Assembly: GCF_001194135.2 (NCBI RefSeq)
Contig: NC_068987.1
Coordinates: forward strand, 92,865,240 to 92,929,239
DNA length: 64,000 nucleotides
Origin: Octopus bimaculoides
Lineage: Eukaryota
Direction of reading: 5' to 3'
Part shown: piece by piece, positions 25,092 through 37,625 of the stretch
Layout: each line of letters opens with the position of its first letter
Position numbering within the stretch: the stretch's first letter is position 1
Notes under the pieces: model-generated
Seen by the model: only the letters and a program-made list of their open reading frames with translations
Database searches by the model: none
What the model was told of the DNA's origin: nothing
Made by a program: the position numbers and the translations under genes

Positions 25092-26299
25092 CATACGCGT
25101 AAGTACTTGTTCGTACATACACTCTTACATACATACACACACACATATGCGTATATACTTACAGAATATCGACATCTTTGAAAGTCCTAAGGTTATATAA
25201 GTCATCAACTAAACCATTTACCAATAGTAGTAACAAATCTCAACCCACCATAAGACACGCCACAAAAAAAAAAAAAAAATTCGAATATTTTGATAAATGA
25301 ATGAATTAATTTTTATTCATTGATCATTTTCGTATGAGTTGTCGATTCTCTGCAGTTTTCCATTTTTTTTAAAAATCCAATTTTCTTGCGTTTAGATTTC
25401 GCAAGCATTTTTGTGTTGTAAAATATATAGTTGCAATCAATATTGCTGGTTTGTAATTATGAAAATTGTCTGGATATGTCTGAAGCTGAGTGTATGTCTC
25501 ATCCAGTTTACTCTGGTTGAGGCAAAAATCTTTAATCCAAACACTGAAGAAAATCAATCTCAAAAGATCTTATTTCAACATGTATGATCTTTTATAGCTA
25601 TATCTGATGTCAGAAGAATATTTTCGATCATCATAGCCAGGACTGTGTAACGAACATATCGAAATGGATCGCTGCTTTACACGCAGTTTCATTTTCTTTT
25701 TTCTCTCTCTTTCTCTTCCACTCTCTCATTCCCTTTTTCTCTCTCCTTCCCTCTCTCTCTCTCGTTCTCTCTTATTCACGTTTTATTGTAGATGGCGCCC
25801 CTGATAGTGTAACAGAATAAATCTTATGAATACATTTCTTATGAATACATTTCTTATGTCCTGAAACCAATTAGATGTGAAAACATTTAAATGTCAGCGC
25901 TTCTAAACCTTTGAAAGTCCGTCTTATCAATTATTATAACGCTAATTAATATCATTGCTGCAATCAACAATAAGAGAGTAGCATCCCAACTCTGCTTGAT
26001 TTTGGACTTATCTATTGATAACTTACAATATCTGTAATATCGGTTTCACATTTTGACACAATCCAGCAAATTTCATGGTGTTATTCGATTGCTCAGATTC
26101 GGCCTATTTTATCAACCCCGAAAGACGAAAGGCGATATTGACTCCAACGGAATGCGAATTCAGAATGTAAATACCAACGATATTCACCTAAGCATTTTGC
26201 CCAGCATGTTGACGGTCCCGCTAGCTCACAGTCTTAAATATTTGTATTGGTTGAAAGTACCGTTCAATTGTTGATTATTATTATTTTTTTAAAGTAACT

Positions 26300-27130
26300 T
26301 AAAGGCAAAGGGATGTCAGATGCCAAAGTGCAAATGACAGCTATTGACATCTGTCGGAGTCATAATGGTCGTTGTCAAGATTTTGAAACTTCTTTAAGAA
26401 ATCCTGATTGGATGATTATTGAAATTAGCGAAAAAAAATGTTCGTTAATATTGCTTCTGGTCCGGTGTTCATGATTACGTTACCTTTGACCTTCTACCAG
26501 CTGTTGAAGAAAACGGTACTGTTTTATTTGTAGCATGGGTATACTAAATATATCAATGATCTTGCTGCGATTTGTTCTGGTATTGTCTTCCTTTTCAACA
26601 TTCTTGATGAGTCCTGCTCAACATACATGCAATGAAAGCTTCAAAATCATAATTATATTGTCTTTTCCATATTAGTTGAAAAAATAATCAAGAATTATAT
26701 TTTCCAATGTGCATTGCTGTTTCCTATAAGGAGCACAATGTTTGAGCTTAGTGCAAATTGGCTGTTATTTCTAGTGGGTAATACAAATGCTTTGATGAGA
26801 GGTTTTATGAAGATATATATTTTTTTATTCTGGGTTTTATATATTGGATTATCAATGATTTTTGATAAGCGATTCATATTTTTTAATATTTCCTGCACGC
26901 TAATTTTGCATAACTTTGTTGGTTGTGCTGATTGGCGATCGTATTTACTTTAGTTCTGTTATTGATATTCTTGATTTTCAATGTTTTTGTTGATGTTCAT
27001 GTCAATATGTGTTAATGTTTTTAAAGGGATGTTGCAGATTACAAATTTCATAAGAGGTTGATAATAGTTGAGCTTATCATTGCAGGATTTCTGTCCGTTT
27101 TAGTAATGGAAGCGGTGAATTTATTCTCAT
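26300..27130 (-). pseudogene. Highly degraded Penelope-like RT
   Basis: PTKLCKISVQEILKNMN, KTQNKKIYIF, KPLIKAF and STVFFNSW*KVKGNVIMNTGPEA resemble PLE SELGKISKxILDxIN, IxNKxxxxFIxFD, LLxxA and SLLF...WxKK...VTMG..GAE. Confidence 0.45.
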
Positions 27131-27263
27131 TGCAACTGTCATCTTCAATATCACATAAAAATTAAACATTAATCAATTTAAGTATCCCTCACGGCTACAC
27201 ATAGAAACATTTCACTATCTTTTAAGATACCAGTGATCGAAATATATATTACTTTTTCTAACT

Positions 27264-27265
27264 TC

Positions 27266-27315
<50 letters not shown>

Positions 27316-27322
27316 AAGTAGT
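27264..27322. repeat. (TAG)n microsatellite immediately 5' of a Dong RT fragment
   Basis: Direct observation. Confidence 0.95.
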
Positions 27323-27334
27323 AGAAGTAAAGAA

Positions 27335-28225
27335 AAATAAGAACATGTACAAACTTCGACTGCTTAGAAGAGCAAAAGTGGGAGGATATCAAGGTAGAGG
27401 ATGTAAGAATGGCTCTCGGGACGTCAAAGAAATGGAAGTCTCAAAGAAAGGATAAAATTCCTAACTTCTAGTTGAATACCTTCCCAGAGAGCCATGAACT
27501 GTTAACAAAACTTTACAACAATGTTTTGCAACATCCTAGTATGATTCCATCTTGGCTAGTTAATGGTGTAACATTCCTACTTCCAAAAAATAATGAAACA
27601 AATGAACCCAAAATTTATAAACCCATAACCTGCTTAACAACAATGTATAAAATGCTAACATCTTTATTAACTGAATATACCTATATTTTTTTTTAAAATA
27701 AAAAGTGGTATATTCTCTAATGAGCGAAAAGGATGTAAACGTGGGTCCTATAGTTGTAAAGATCAGCTACTCACCAATAAGATGATCTTGGCACAGAAAA
27801 GTTGTCGATAGCCTGGATAGACTATAAAAAAGCTTTTGATAGCCTACCACATAGCTGGATTAAGAAATGTCTGGAAATGTATAAAATAGCATCTACAACA
27901 TTTTTGTTTTTAAGTATGAGATCATGGAGAGCGATATCTTTGAACAGTGACAGTGAATCACTTAATGCTGGAGATTTAAGAATTTTATGTGGAATTTTCC
28001 AGGGTGAATCTCGATCACCACTCCTCTTTTGTCTAGTCTTAATACCTCTCTCGAAACTGCTCAATGATGTAAAATAAGGTTATAAAATGTTTGATAAAAA
28101 TATAAATCACCTGATTTGCATGGAGGATTTAAATCTCTTTGCAAAAAATGGAGCAACAACTGCAGGGCTTGCTAGCGATTGTTATCTGTCAAGAAAAGAG
28201 GATGGCCGTGAGCTTTTACACCTAC
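27335..28225 (+). mobile_element. R4/Dong-clade RT fragment (pseudogene)
   Basis: KWKSQRKDKIPNF; GVTFLLPKNNETNEPKIYKPITCLTTMYK; KGCKRGSYSCKDQLL; AWIDYKKAFDSLPHSWI; GIFQGESRSPLLF; HLICMEDLNLFAK; then, after a deletion, YLSRKEDGRELL (LYxxRKEGGRGL). Confidence 0.9.
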
Positions 28226-28560
28226 CTACCTGAAAAACCACTAATTTGAGCACCATTTTCAACTACCGGGCTTCTCAGGTAGTAACACTCCATAACCACA
28301 GCATTAATGTGCTTGCTCCATCTACGCTGTGTGTGGTGGCCCCTTTCTGGATATCGACAGGCTGGAGCCGGACCAGAATCTCTGAGCCTACCGGGTGTAA
28401 CACTGTCACCATCATTGGCTTCAGTTTCATTATTCACAATATTTTGTTTCTTCATTGTCACTCACATGAGGTAGCGATTATCAGGTTGCGCAATTACCAG
28501 TATTTTGTATTATGACACCAGCACTAGATGTATCATTAATCAACCCATGAGGAGGAGGTG
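28226..28560 (-). mobile_element. 5' end and ORF N-terminus of an R4/Dong element, opposite in orientation to the adjacent RT fragment
   Basis: RRWSKHINAVVMECYYLRSPV.ENG resembles the R4/Dong N-terminal RRKWxxxxNxxVMECYY motif. On the minus strand it is preceded by (CCT)n and (AAT)n tracts. Confidence 0.65.
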
Positions 28561-29102
28561 GAGGAGGAGGAGGAGGTTCCACCCGTTTCCTTTCATTATT
28601 GTTACTATTATTATTATTATTATTATTATTATTATCATCACTGATATCATTGATGATATTATTGTTTTTATGTGTAGTAGCAGCAGCAACAACGCAACTG
28701 TAACAGGGGTGGGGTATTGGTAAAGGTTGTAGTTGAGCCTCAGATTCCTGTGCTATCATAATAGTAGTAGTTATAGTATTATTGTAGCGTTAGTAGTATT
28801 TAGCATTAGCAGCTGCAGCATATTATTATTACTTTTATTTTTATCATTATCAGCATCACCACCACTACCATTGTTTGGCGCACTAGTTGAGCAGCAGTTT
28901 GGTGAATAGATCATTGCTACAGGACTATAAATAGATTTGGCAGATGGTGGGGAAGTCAACCATAGACACAAAGAATCTTCGCACCTTTGGGTCGGTTAGA
29001 GGTCAAATGTGTTTGACCTCTAACCGAATGACCAGAGAGCGCTGCCTTGAAAACAAGCAATTCAGCCTGTTTTATTTGTAATTACTGGTAGAAAATACAA
29101 TA

Positions 29103-29105
29103 ATG

Positions 29106-29138
<33 letters not shown>

Positions 29139-29243
29139 TATATANNNNNNNNNNNNNNNNNNNNNNNNNNNNNNNNNNNNNNNNNNNNNNNNNNNNNNNN
29201 NNNNNNNNNNNNNNNNNNNNNNNNNNNNNNNNNNNNNNNNNNN

Positions 29244-29309
<66 letters not shown>
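29103..29309. repeat. (AAT)n and (TTA)n tracts either side of a gap
   Basis: Direct observation. Confidence 0.9.
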
Positions 29310-29759
29310 GATGCAGTGGTAGTAGTAGTAGGATGAGGAGGAGGGAAGTTGGATAGCGATCCATTGGTGGAACCAAACATAGAAAGCATATCAAAACAAA
29401 ATGCCATCTAAGCTTCCAAACCCTCAAACGTCTAAAATATTCTAAATATATCCGCAAGAAAATGTACAAAATTTCTTTTCGTGCAGCTATGGAGTGAGAT
29501 GGCTTAAAAGAAATCGAATTGTAGAGTGCCTGCTGTGGAGGAAATGAAGGCAAATCTCCACAAACCACATTATTGGAGACTCTTAATTATCGAAAGATCC
29601 AGGGTTTATATAACAATAGTTATTATCTCATCTTCGAATATCACGTGATAGATTTCTCAACTCAGAACGTAAAATTATGTCACGAAATACTGCCCTAGGA
29701 ATTATCGCACACACACCATTATATCAATAATTTCTTCTGATATAAACAAAGGGCATCGA

Positions 29760-29870
29760 ATGTGAGGATTTATATCGACACCAGAATTCAACCGGTACAC
29801 TACTTTATAGAACCGACAGGTATCATAACAAACGTTTTCACCGGCGGGTTTTCAACGAGGTGTCTAAAGT
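29760..29870 (-). mobile_element. Degenerate SINE fragment (60763 family)
   Basis: TATCGACACCAGAATTCAACCGGTAC... resembles TTATATCGTGCCCAAGAGCTCAACTGGTAC in the 2350 copy. Confidence 0.5.
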
Positions 29871-30239
29871 TTAGTTCCACGCTCAAGATTCCTGAAGCAA
29901 CAAGAGCGTTGATCGTGGTTTCAATTCTTAGACCAGGTCATGCGTTGTGTCTATGAGCAAAACATTTCATGTTACGATGTTCTACGATCACTTCGGCGCG
30001 TGGTAAACGGTGCACCTGCTTTGGTAAAATGACAAGTACCGCTGTAATATAAGCGTGTTGGACTTAAATATATTCCTCACGTGTCCATTTATGCTTTTTT
30101 GATTTTATTTACAGGACGTGAGGAATAACGTCCGGCCCTTTATTTTGACGGTCATCATTTTTGTAGGGTACCGGTACGTTAATTTCTGGTGTTAAATGAT
30201 TTTGCACGTGTAGTTTTTGGGCTTTGCATACATTTACTG

Positions 30240-32690
30240 TGACTGGCAACATTATGAGAGAATTCATAGTTTTGTGAGCCTACGAGCGGTGAATTTGCTG
30301 CGAAAAAACCCGAGCAAGGGGAATTGTTTTGACAAATTCAGTCCCATAACTCTAGTGAATGCAGAGTTCAAACTTTTGGCCAATATATTAGCTACGAGGT
30401 TGATGCTTCTCGTTGGGGAGCTAGTAGAGGAGGCACAGATATGTGCCATCTCAAAAAATCCATCCACGACAACCTCCACCTCATGTGATACATCATTGAA
30501 AAAGTGGCTAAAGAAACTGTCACGGGGTCACTTTAGATCAGCCTAAAGCTTTCGATAGGTTCGCCCATCTATATCTGGCGGTAGTCTTCAAGGTAGCTGG
30601 TTTTGGGCCTGAATTCAGAGGCCGGATCACTGCAATGCACCGCAACATCTGTTTAGTGGTGAGAGTGAACAGCCACTTCTCAGAGCCGTTAAACATTATG
30701 TGCTCGGTCCGGCATGGTCGTCACCTCTCGTCCCTCTTGTACGTACTGACTCTCGAGCCACTACTGCACAAACAGGAAGCGGTAAGTTGCATCCCGCGAG
30801 ACCTAGGACGTGAGAGATGCGTGTCAACATATGCCAAAAACGTCGCCGTATTGGTGTCAAATCATAAAGATATGGAAATGATTGGCACCGTTCTTGGGGA
30901 CTACGAGACAGTTTCAGGAGCGACAATTAACCAGGAAAATCAGTGTGCTATAGGCTCTGCATCTGGAGAAGCAAATCCATGCCGTCCAACTGCGTCGTTA
31001 GGCGCTGGACGAAGGGACCAATTAAATTGCTCAGTGTTTGGTTCGGTCCGGACCTCCAAGTGAATAAAAACTGGGACGAAGCAACGTGTAGGATAATTAC
31101 TCTCACCCAGAAATGGGCAGAGAGAAAGCTGTACTTGAAAGGTTGTGCACAGGTAGCTGACGCGTATATCGCGCCCGTCATCAATTATCGCTTGACCGTC
31201 GTGTCTTGTCGGGCGCTACCGATGTAGAGACAATCAGCACCATTCTAAAGAAATACGAAACGGATGCAGGGGCCAAGACCAACATCGACAAGTCAGAGTA
31301 TTGCAACTGGACTCCTGGAGAGTCAACTCAATGCCATCGAACTGCGTCGTGGGACGTTGGTCTGACGGATAAGTTAAACAGCTTGGGGTCTGGTTCTGTA
31401 CCGACCTCCAGATGGATAAGAACTGGGACAAGGTCAAGATCAGTGTACCCAGTCTTATCTAGAAATGGGCAGAGGTGACCTGAAACGTCGAGTAGAAATT
31501 TCGAATGCCTACATTGCTTCCATTATCATTTATCGCTGACTGTCATGCCCTTCCTGGGTTACTGATTGACCAGGCTGGAGCGTCCTTTATTTGGATGTTT
31601 TAGAAGGAACGCTTTCCAATGGTCAGTCTGCTACGAGCGGATAGCGATGCCGTGGAATTTGCTGCGATGACACGCACTCAGGTCGTGCCATCTGCGATGA
31701 TTTCTGAACGGTGAGCCTGTATGGGTTCCGTTTGTGAGGCACGTCTTTCTGCAACTCGTTGCCTTGACGGAGTTGCAGTACTTGGTGAAGAAAAGTCTGA
31801 GGTTGGGCACCTGGCACCTAGAATGTCTTCAGGCTCTCACAGTCATCACCATTCGGGCAACGGGACAGTGGAAGTTCAACTTTAGAAATATATAGAGGAT
31901 TAGTGGCGGAGAAGTGCGACGACGTACTCGGAAAGGTCTGGACGTAGACGAAAATGAATTAACTAGTCTGTTTCGGATGGGGTTTCTGGTCACGGATCAC
32001 CATGGATAATTCTTAGATGTCATCGGCCCGGCAGTGCTGCCGAAGATTGCTTCCAGTTCGAGATAAACTCTACAAGCACGGGCTTGCATAGCAACGATCC
32101 CGTTCTGCATGCATTCGTTCACTGTCCGGGCATTACTGATCTGTGGGGTTGTGTCGAACTGCTGCTGTCGGGTGTGAGACGGATCCGTCTGTCGGCCGAA
32201 TCCACAGTGAAGATTATCCCACCGATTTCTTTTAATCGAGCAAGTAAGGCAGTTTTGTTTTGCTTGGTGACAGTGCAGAAAGAGGTGTCTGGTGGACGAG
32301 ATTGAAAGGCAAGAGGGCAGAGAGTTGCTTCTTTTGTAGAGCCCTCAGCAACTCCATCAAGTTTCGCTTGAAAACGACTGTAAGGGTGGAGAGGGATGTA
32401 CTGCCTTCAAGTGAATTTATGTAAATACGGCATGGGTGGATTGTACCACTCAAAATATACACATGTGAGTTGGGAAAACGAATTGGAGAGGGCACCTACT
32501 GTTCGTTTCAAGAAGATCTTGGACGGTGGGTTTTCTTGATTATCCGTAGAGATCCTACTGTGTCAGGAGAGGCGTATCACTTCTCTTCTGTTTTTTGTTT
32601 TATTTTTAGTATTGTATACTATGTATTCTTCCCTTCTCTATCTTATTGTGTGCTGTGTATACTTTCTATACATTTAGAGTTATAAAAGCT
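30240..32690 (+). mobile_element. Tx1/L1-clade non-LTR retrotransposon; 5'-truncated ORF2 remnant with internal duplication
   Basis: LLRKNPSKG..FSPITLVNAEFKLLANILATRL; LDQPKAFDR; SVRHGRHLSSLLYVLTLEP; YAKN (YADD-like); WFGPDLQVNKNW; KWAERKL; zf-RVT-like C..C...VLHAFVHCP; T-rich 3' UTR. Confidence 0.9.
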
Positions 32691-33139
32691 TGGCAAGATA
32701 ACACATATCGAACCTTCTCTCTCGAGCTTTGCTTCAGCAAGCACTGCTGCTCTGTTAAGGAACCATCCTTTGGAAACACGCAACCGCGAAATGGTGACCA
32801 GAGCTAAATTTAATGAAGGAATCACTGGAAGCGTGACGCTTCTGCAACCTCAGTCCTAGCAATCTCATTCCTCCGTGTTTACAGTTTTATTTTAAAATTA
32901 ATTTTATTTTTTAAATACCCAAATTTGATTATAGGTTCCAAACATAAAGATTGGATACTCCTTGTGAAATAACTCAACGGACGAAAGGTTATGAAATTTT
33001 TTTCCAATAGTTAGAAATGTTACTGCGTCTCCAAAATATTAATTTTTTAGGATGGGCAACAAAATGAAAAAAAAAATCAGCTGCATCGGTGCCATTAAAC
33101 TGCTGAAGCCGAACGCTGACCGCTGTTACTGAACTTGTT

Positions 33140-33141
<2 letters not shown>

Positions 33142-33195
<54 letters not shown>
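33142..33195. repeat. (CTA)n microsatellite running into a gap
   Basis: Direct observation. Confidence 0.95.
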
Positions 33196-33979
33196 NNNNN
33201 NNNNNNNNNNNNNNNNNNNNNNNNNNNNNNNNNNNNNNNNNNNNNNNNNNNNNNNNNNNNNNNNNNNNNNNNNNNNNNNNNNNNNNNNNNNNNNNNNNNN
33301 NNNNNNNNNNNNNNNNNNNNNNNATATATATATACTGTATATACATCCAAGCAGAAGAAATATCAACATATAGAGCACCAGCAGAAACAAAACCAATAAT
33401 GAAGAGCAGGGAGCAGCAGCAATGCTCAAAAGAAAGAAAATAAAACAGAAAACTAATTCAAGTAAGTACGGAAGTGTTGTACAAATGTTGGCAAAATACT
33501 TCATATATCGGCAGAAGATCGACCAAGTGAAACAATAATGATGGAGCAGATATTTCAATCGTTATAGGAATTTTTGTGTGGGCAAAAATCTTAGAGCACA
33601 ATAATTTGATTACCCACAACATTAATTCGCCTATTCTTATTAGAGTTTCATTTGCTGAAGGATGGAAAATAGCCAACCAACATAAGCATTGGGTATATTA
33701 CTCTCTCTATATATATATGTTCTTCATTATTTTCTTTTTTCTACGTCTCCTACCGCATTCACTTAACTTTCTTAAGAGAATATTATTTATTTATCTAATC
33801 TTAAAGTTTATTTATATTAGACATTTTTTTTTAATGTATGCATTGATCTTCCGCCTGAATGATTTCTTTATGTGAAGTATATTGCAGCTGTACATTTTGT
33901 CGCTGTTTTTGCTGATAATGATGTTTCGCAGTCTGAGTTGTTGGTGCTGGCGATAGGCTAGTTGTTGCCGTTGTTCTTT

Positions 33980-34287
33980 GCGTTTTTCATGCAGTTTTTA
34001 TTATTCTTGTGCTTCTCCTTATTCGTCATTTTCGTCGCCTCCTCTGCCATCACTCATCATCATCATCATCACCATCATCGTCGCCGTCGTCGTCGTTATC
34101 ATCATCATTATCATCATCATCATCATCATCATTAATCATTATTATTACTATTCGTGTTGATGTTTTTATTATTGTTATTGCTGATGTTTTTTGGTATCAC
34201 CATAATCTTCATCGTCGTCGTTATCATCATCATCATCATCATTATCCTCATCATTATCATCATCATCATCATCACCATTGCTGCTAA

Positions 34288-34332
<45 letters not shown>

Positions 34333-34460
34333 GGTGTTGTTGTTGTTGTTGTTATTGTTGCTGTTGTGCTATTATTAATATTATCGTTGTTGTTGTTGCT
34401 GCCGTTGTGTTATTATTATTATTGTTGTTGTTGTTGTTGTTGATGTTGTTATTATTAGTA

Positions 34461-34500
<40 letters not shown>

Positions 34501-34560
34501 CATTATTATTATTATTATTCTTTGTTATTGATGTAATGGCTACTGTTTTTAATGTTGGTG
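33980..34560. repeat. Mosaic trinucleotide tract (CAT/CGT, TAT/TGT, GCT), about 600 bp
   Basis: Direct observation. It generates the poly-H/I/L/Y ORFs in the track. Confidence 0.95.
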
Positions 34561-34994
34561 ATGTTGTTTATTCTCTTCTTGAGTGTTTCTTCACTAAATT
34601 CGAAATTTGTTTAATTGTATGTTTTCTTCTCTGAACAACATTCGTCTCCTTTCATCTCTTGTAATATAACTTTTCTTTTTTATCTGTTGATATTGGTTTC
34701 CTGTTTTATGATGTATTGATTTGCTTTTACGGTTTCTCTTTGATTTATTTCATTTTAATCATGATTTATTTTACTTGATTTTCAATTGAAAAAAAATTCT
34801 ATGGCGCAGTAAAGACGAGAGGTGTGGTTGTAGTTAATAAGTTAATGTTCTAGAAAAGCAACCCTCAAAATTATCCACTTTCACATACCCTTTCATATCA
34901 TTGTCGTCTTCATGATTATAACCATTGATATTATCACCATCACACGCATGAAAAAAGTGTTTATCATTTCCACGATCAAAATCAGCAACACCAC

Positions 34995-35012
34995 GTTAAT
35001 AATAATAATAAC

Positions 35013-35076
<64 letters not shown>

Positions 35077-35080
35077 GTAA

Positions 35081-35149
<69 letters not shown>
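34995..35149. repeat. Compound (AAT)n-(AGT)n microsatellite
   Basis: Direct observation. Confidence 0.95.
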
Positions 35150-35756
35150 CCTCGTAATCGTCGTGTCTATCGTCAAAAGTACAGTGTCGTTGTTTTATTG
35201 ATTCTTATAGTGCTGTTTGTTTAAGATTCATAAAATTTCTTAGCCGAATAAACCAGACCAAACATCGAATCTGATTTGTTGCACAAATTATGGGTGTCTT
35301 TTCTTTTTTATTTAGCATATTTGGAATATGTAGCAATTGTGAGATAGAACGGTGATCGAAAATCAGCAGGGAATTTTTTTTCTTTTTTTTAATTCGGTTA
35401 AACAGAGTCATAAAATCCCTTTTCTTTCTTGTGACAGAAAATAGGCAAATTTAGAGAGGTTCAACGAATATCTTTGCTGTTTCAATGATGGAAAATGAAA
35501 ATCTTTTTGTGGGAAAAATATATCTAAATAAAATATTTGCATTTCAATTCAAAAATTTGTTGTTATTTATGTTAGTTGTGATGGTTTTGCATTTAGATTT
35601 GTGTCGAATGCACATCACTTTGTAGGAGATTATCCTACCGTAAGAATAAAATTTGATCAGAGACAAACAAAACCCAAAATTATGTCGAATTTGTCGGTTA
35701 TGTGTGTCTCTACCTATCTATTTATCTACCTATCTATCTATCTATCTATCTATCTA

Positions 35757-35809
35757 TTCGGTCCGTCAGGGATGCCCCCTCTCGTCGCTTCTGTACGTGT
35801 TGACTCTCG
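35757..35809 (+). mobile_element. Tx1/L1 RT fragment (SVRQGCPLSSLLYVLTL) between (TCTA)n and a gap
   Basis: Homologous to 30703-30755 but with an intact QGCPLS motif. Confidence 0.8.
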
Positions 35810-36189
35810 NNNNNNNNNNNNNNNNNNNNNNNNNNNNNNNNNNNNNNNNNNNNNNNNNNNNNNNNNNNNNNNNNNNNNNNNNNNNNNNNNNNNNNNNNNN
35901 NNNNNNNNNNNNNNNNNNNNNNNNNNNNNNNNNNNNNNNNNNNNNNNNNNNNNNNNNNNNNNNNNNNNNNNNNNNNNNNNNNNNNNNNNNNNNNNNNNNN
36001 NNNNNNNNNNNNNNNNNNNNNNNNNNNNNNNNNNNNNNNNNNNNNNNNNNNNNNNNNNNNNNNNNNNNNNNNNNNNNNNNNNNNNNNNNNNNNNNNNNNN
36101 NNNNNNNNNNNNNNNNNNNNNNNNNNNNNNNNATATATAAATATATATATGTAATAGTGTACAAACAAGTTACGTATTTATACACTTAG

Positions 36190-37540
36190 CAGATGACATT
36201 TAACAGGACACCTTACATGCTAGAAAGGGCAGTTAATGCCCAAACAATGAATATGAGAAATTTCAAAGGGAATGAAAAAAAATATGTTTGTAGTTACATA
36301 TAAACCAGTCAATTCTACGGTATTCCCAACATACGCAAAATTGAGAAAATAAGTAACGCATGCAAGACAGCCACAGACATAAAAATGAATATCCCTACTC
36401 CTAATAACCTCAAATTGAGACCTATAATTGCAGATCTCGCATGGGACACCCACCGCCTCAGTAACGCTTTAGACACCCTTTTAAAAACGTTCCTCAAGCA
36501 TGTCAAAAAGCTATATAAGGGTCGACCTGGATATGCTCAATCACCTACCTGAAACAATAAACAAAAACACCCTGTTAGTATCCTTCGATGTAGTCAACTT
36601 CTATGTCAATATCCCCCACAACCAAGGAATACAGGCAATTCAATTCTGGCTAGATAATTACGCAAACGAACTTCTACATCGCATCAAAAAGAATTCGTGA
36701 TAGAAGGGCTAAAATTCATCTTGGAGAATAATTACTTCGTCTTTAAAGACAACTTCTATCGACAAAAATCCGGGACTGCGATGGGTACGAGAATGACACC
36801 CTTCTTTGCTAACCTAGTCATGGGATATCTAGAAATTAGTCATTATTGTAAGGTTCTAGAAAACTACGGCAGCCCATTCTCCCTCTACATAGAAAATAAC
36901 TGGAAGAGATACCTGGACGTAAACATTCAATTCACGATGGAATATAGCCATCAACAACTTCCCTTCCTCGACATCCTCATTAAGAAATCTAACAAGGTAA
37001 TAGAAACAGATATATACTATAAGCCCAAGGACTCCAAGCAATATCTACCGTTCAACTCATGCCATCCCAGATACACCAGAATAAATATCCCCTTTAACCT
37101 AGGAAAAAGGATATGTACTATAGTTTCTAATGCAAACATCAGAGACACACGACTACATGAACTAAAGGGTACACTCATCACCAGGAACTACCCACCTTCA
37201 CTAATTGATATATGCTTTCAACGTGCCCTTCAACTCAACATCCACGAACTCAGACATCCCAAATTAAAGAAGGATTTACAACCAAAAGCCCTACCATACA
37301 TCTCCACACACAACCGTCTTAACAATGAAGCCTTCGACACCATCCTTCCAAACATTCCCCTGGTTAAGAAGGACCACAGAATGAACTTAATCCTCCAAAC
37401 ATACACCATCATAAAAAGCAAGTGACAACCCAAATCTATGAAAAGTCTCCTTACACAAGCCCGAATACGCTCAGCAACAACACAGAAGCCGTCAAACAGA
37501 GACAACGTTTCACAGTGAAAGGCAACTTCCCATTTTGTTC
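36190..37540 (+). mobile_element. Penelope-like element RT (Neptune-like by motif); frameshifted, internally deleted, GIY-YIG domain absent
   Basis: SQFYGIPNIRK; LKLRPIIA..THRLSN; LVSFDVVNFYVNIPH; YRQKSGTAMGTRMTP.FANLVMG; KRYLD|VNIQFTMEY; LPFLDILI; TDIYYKPKDSKQYLPFNSCHP; NYP; KSK*QPKSMKSLLT; ends in (CT)n. Confidence 0.92.
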
Positions 37541-37544
37541 TGTC

Positions 37545-37547
37545 TCT

Positions 37548-37608
<61 letters not shown>

Positions 37609-37625
37609 TCTCTCTATCTCTCTCT
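37545..37625. repeat. (CT)n microsatellite
   Basis: Direct observation. Confidence 0.95.

Noticed and set aside
28470-28560. Possible HDV-like ribozyme at the Dong 5' end (CGC-TACCTCAT-GTG)
   Set aside because: L3 does not fit the U-C-C-U-C-G-C pattern, and I could not assign P1, P2 or P4.
29103-29309. (AAT)n facing (TTA)n as a cruciform-forming palindrome
   Set aside because: The arms are separated by an N gap, so the orientation may be a scaffolding artefact.
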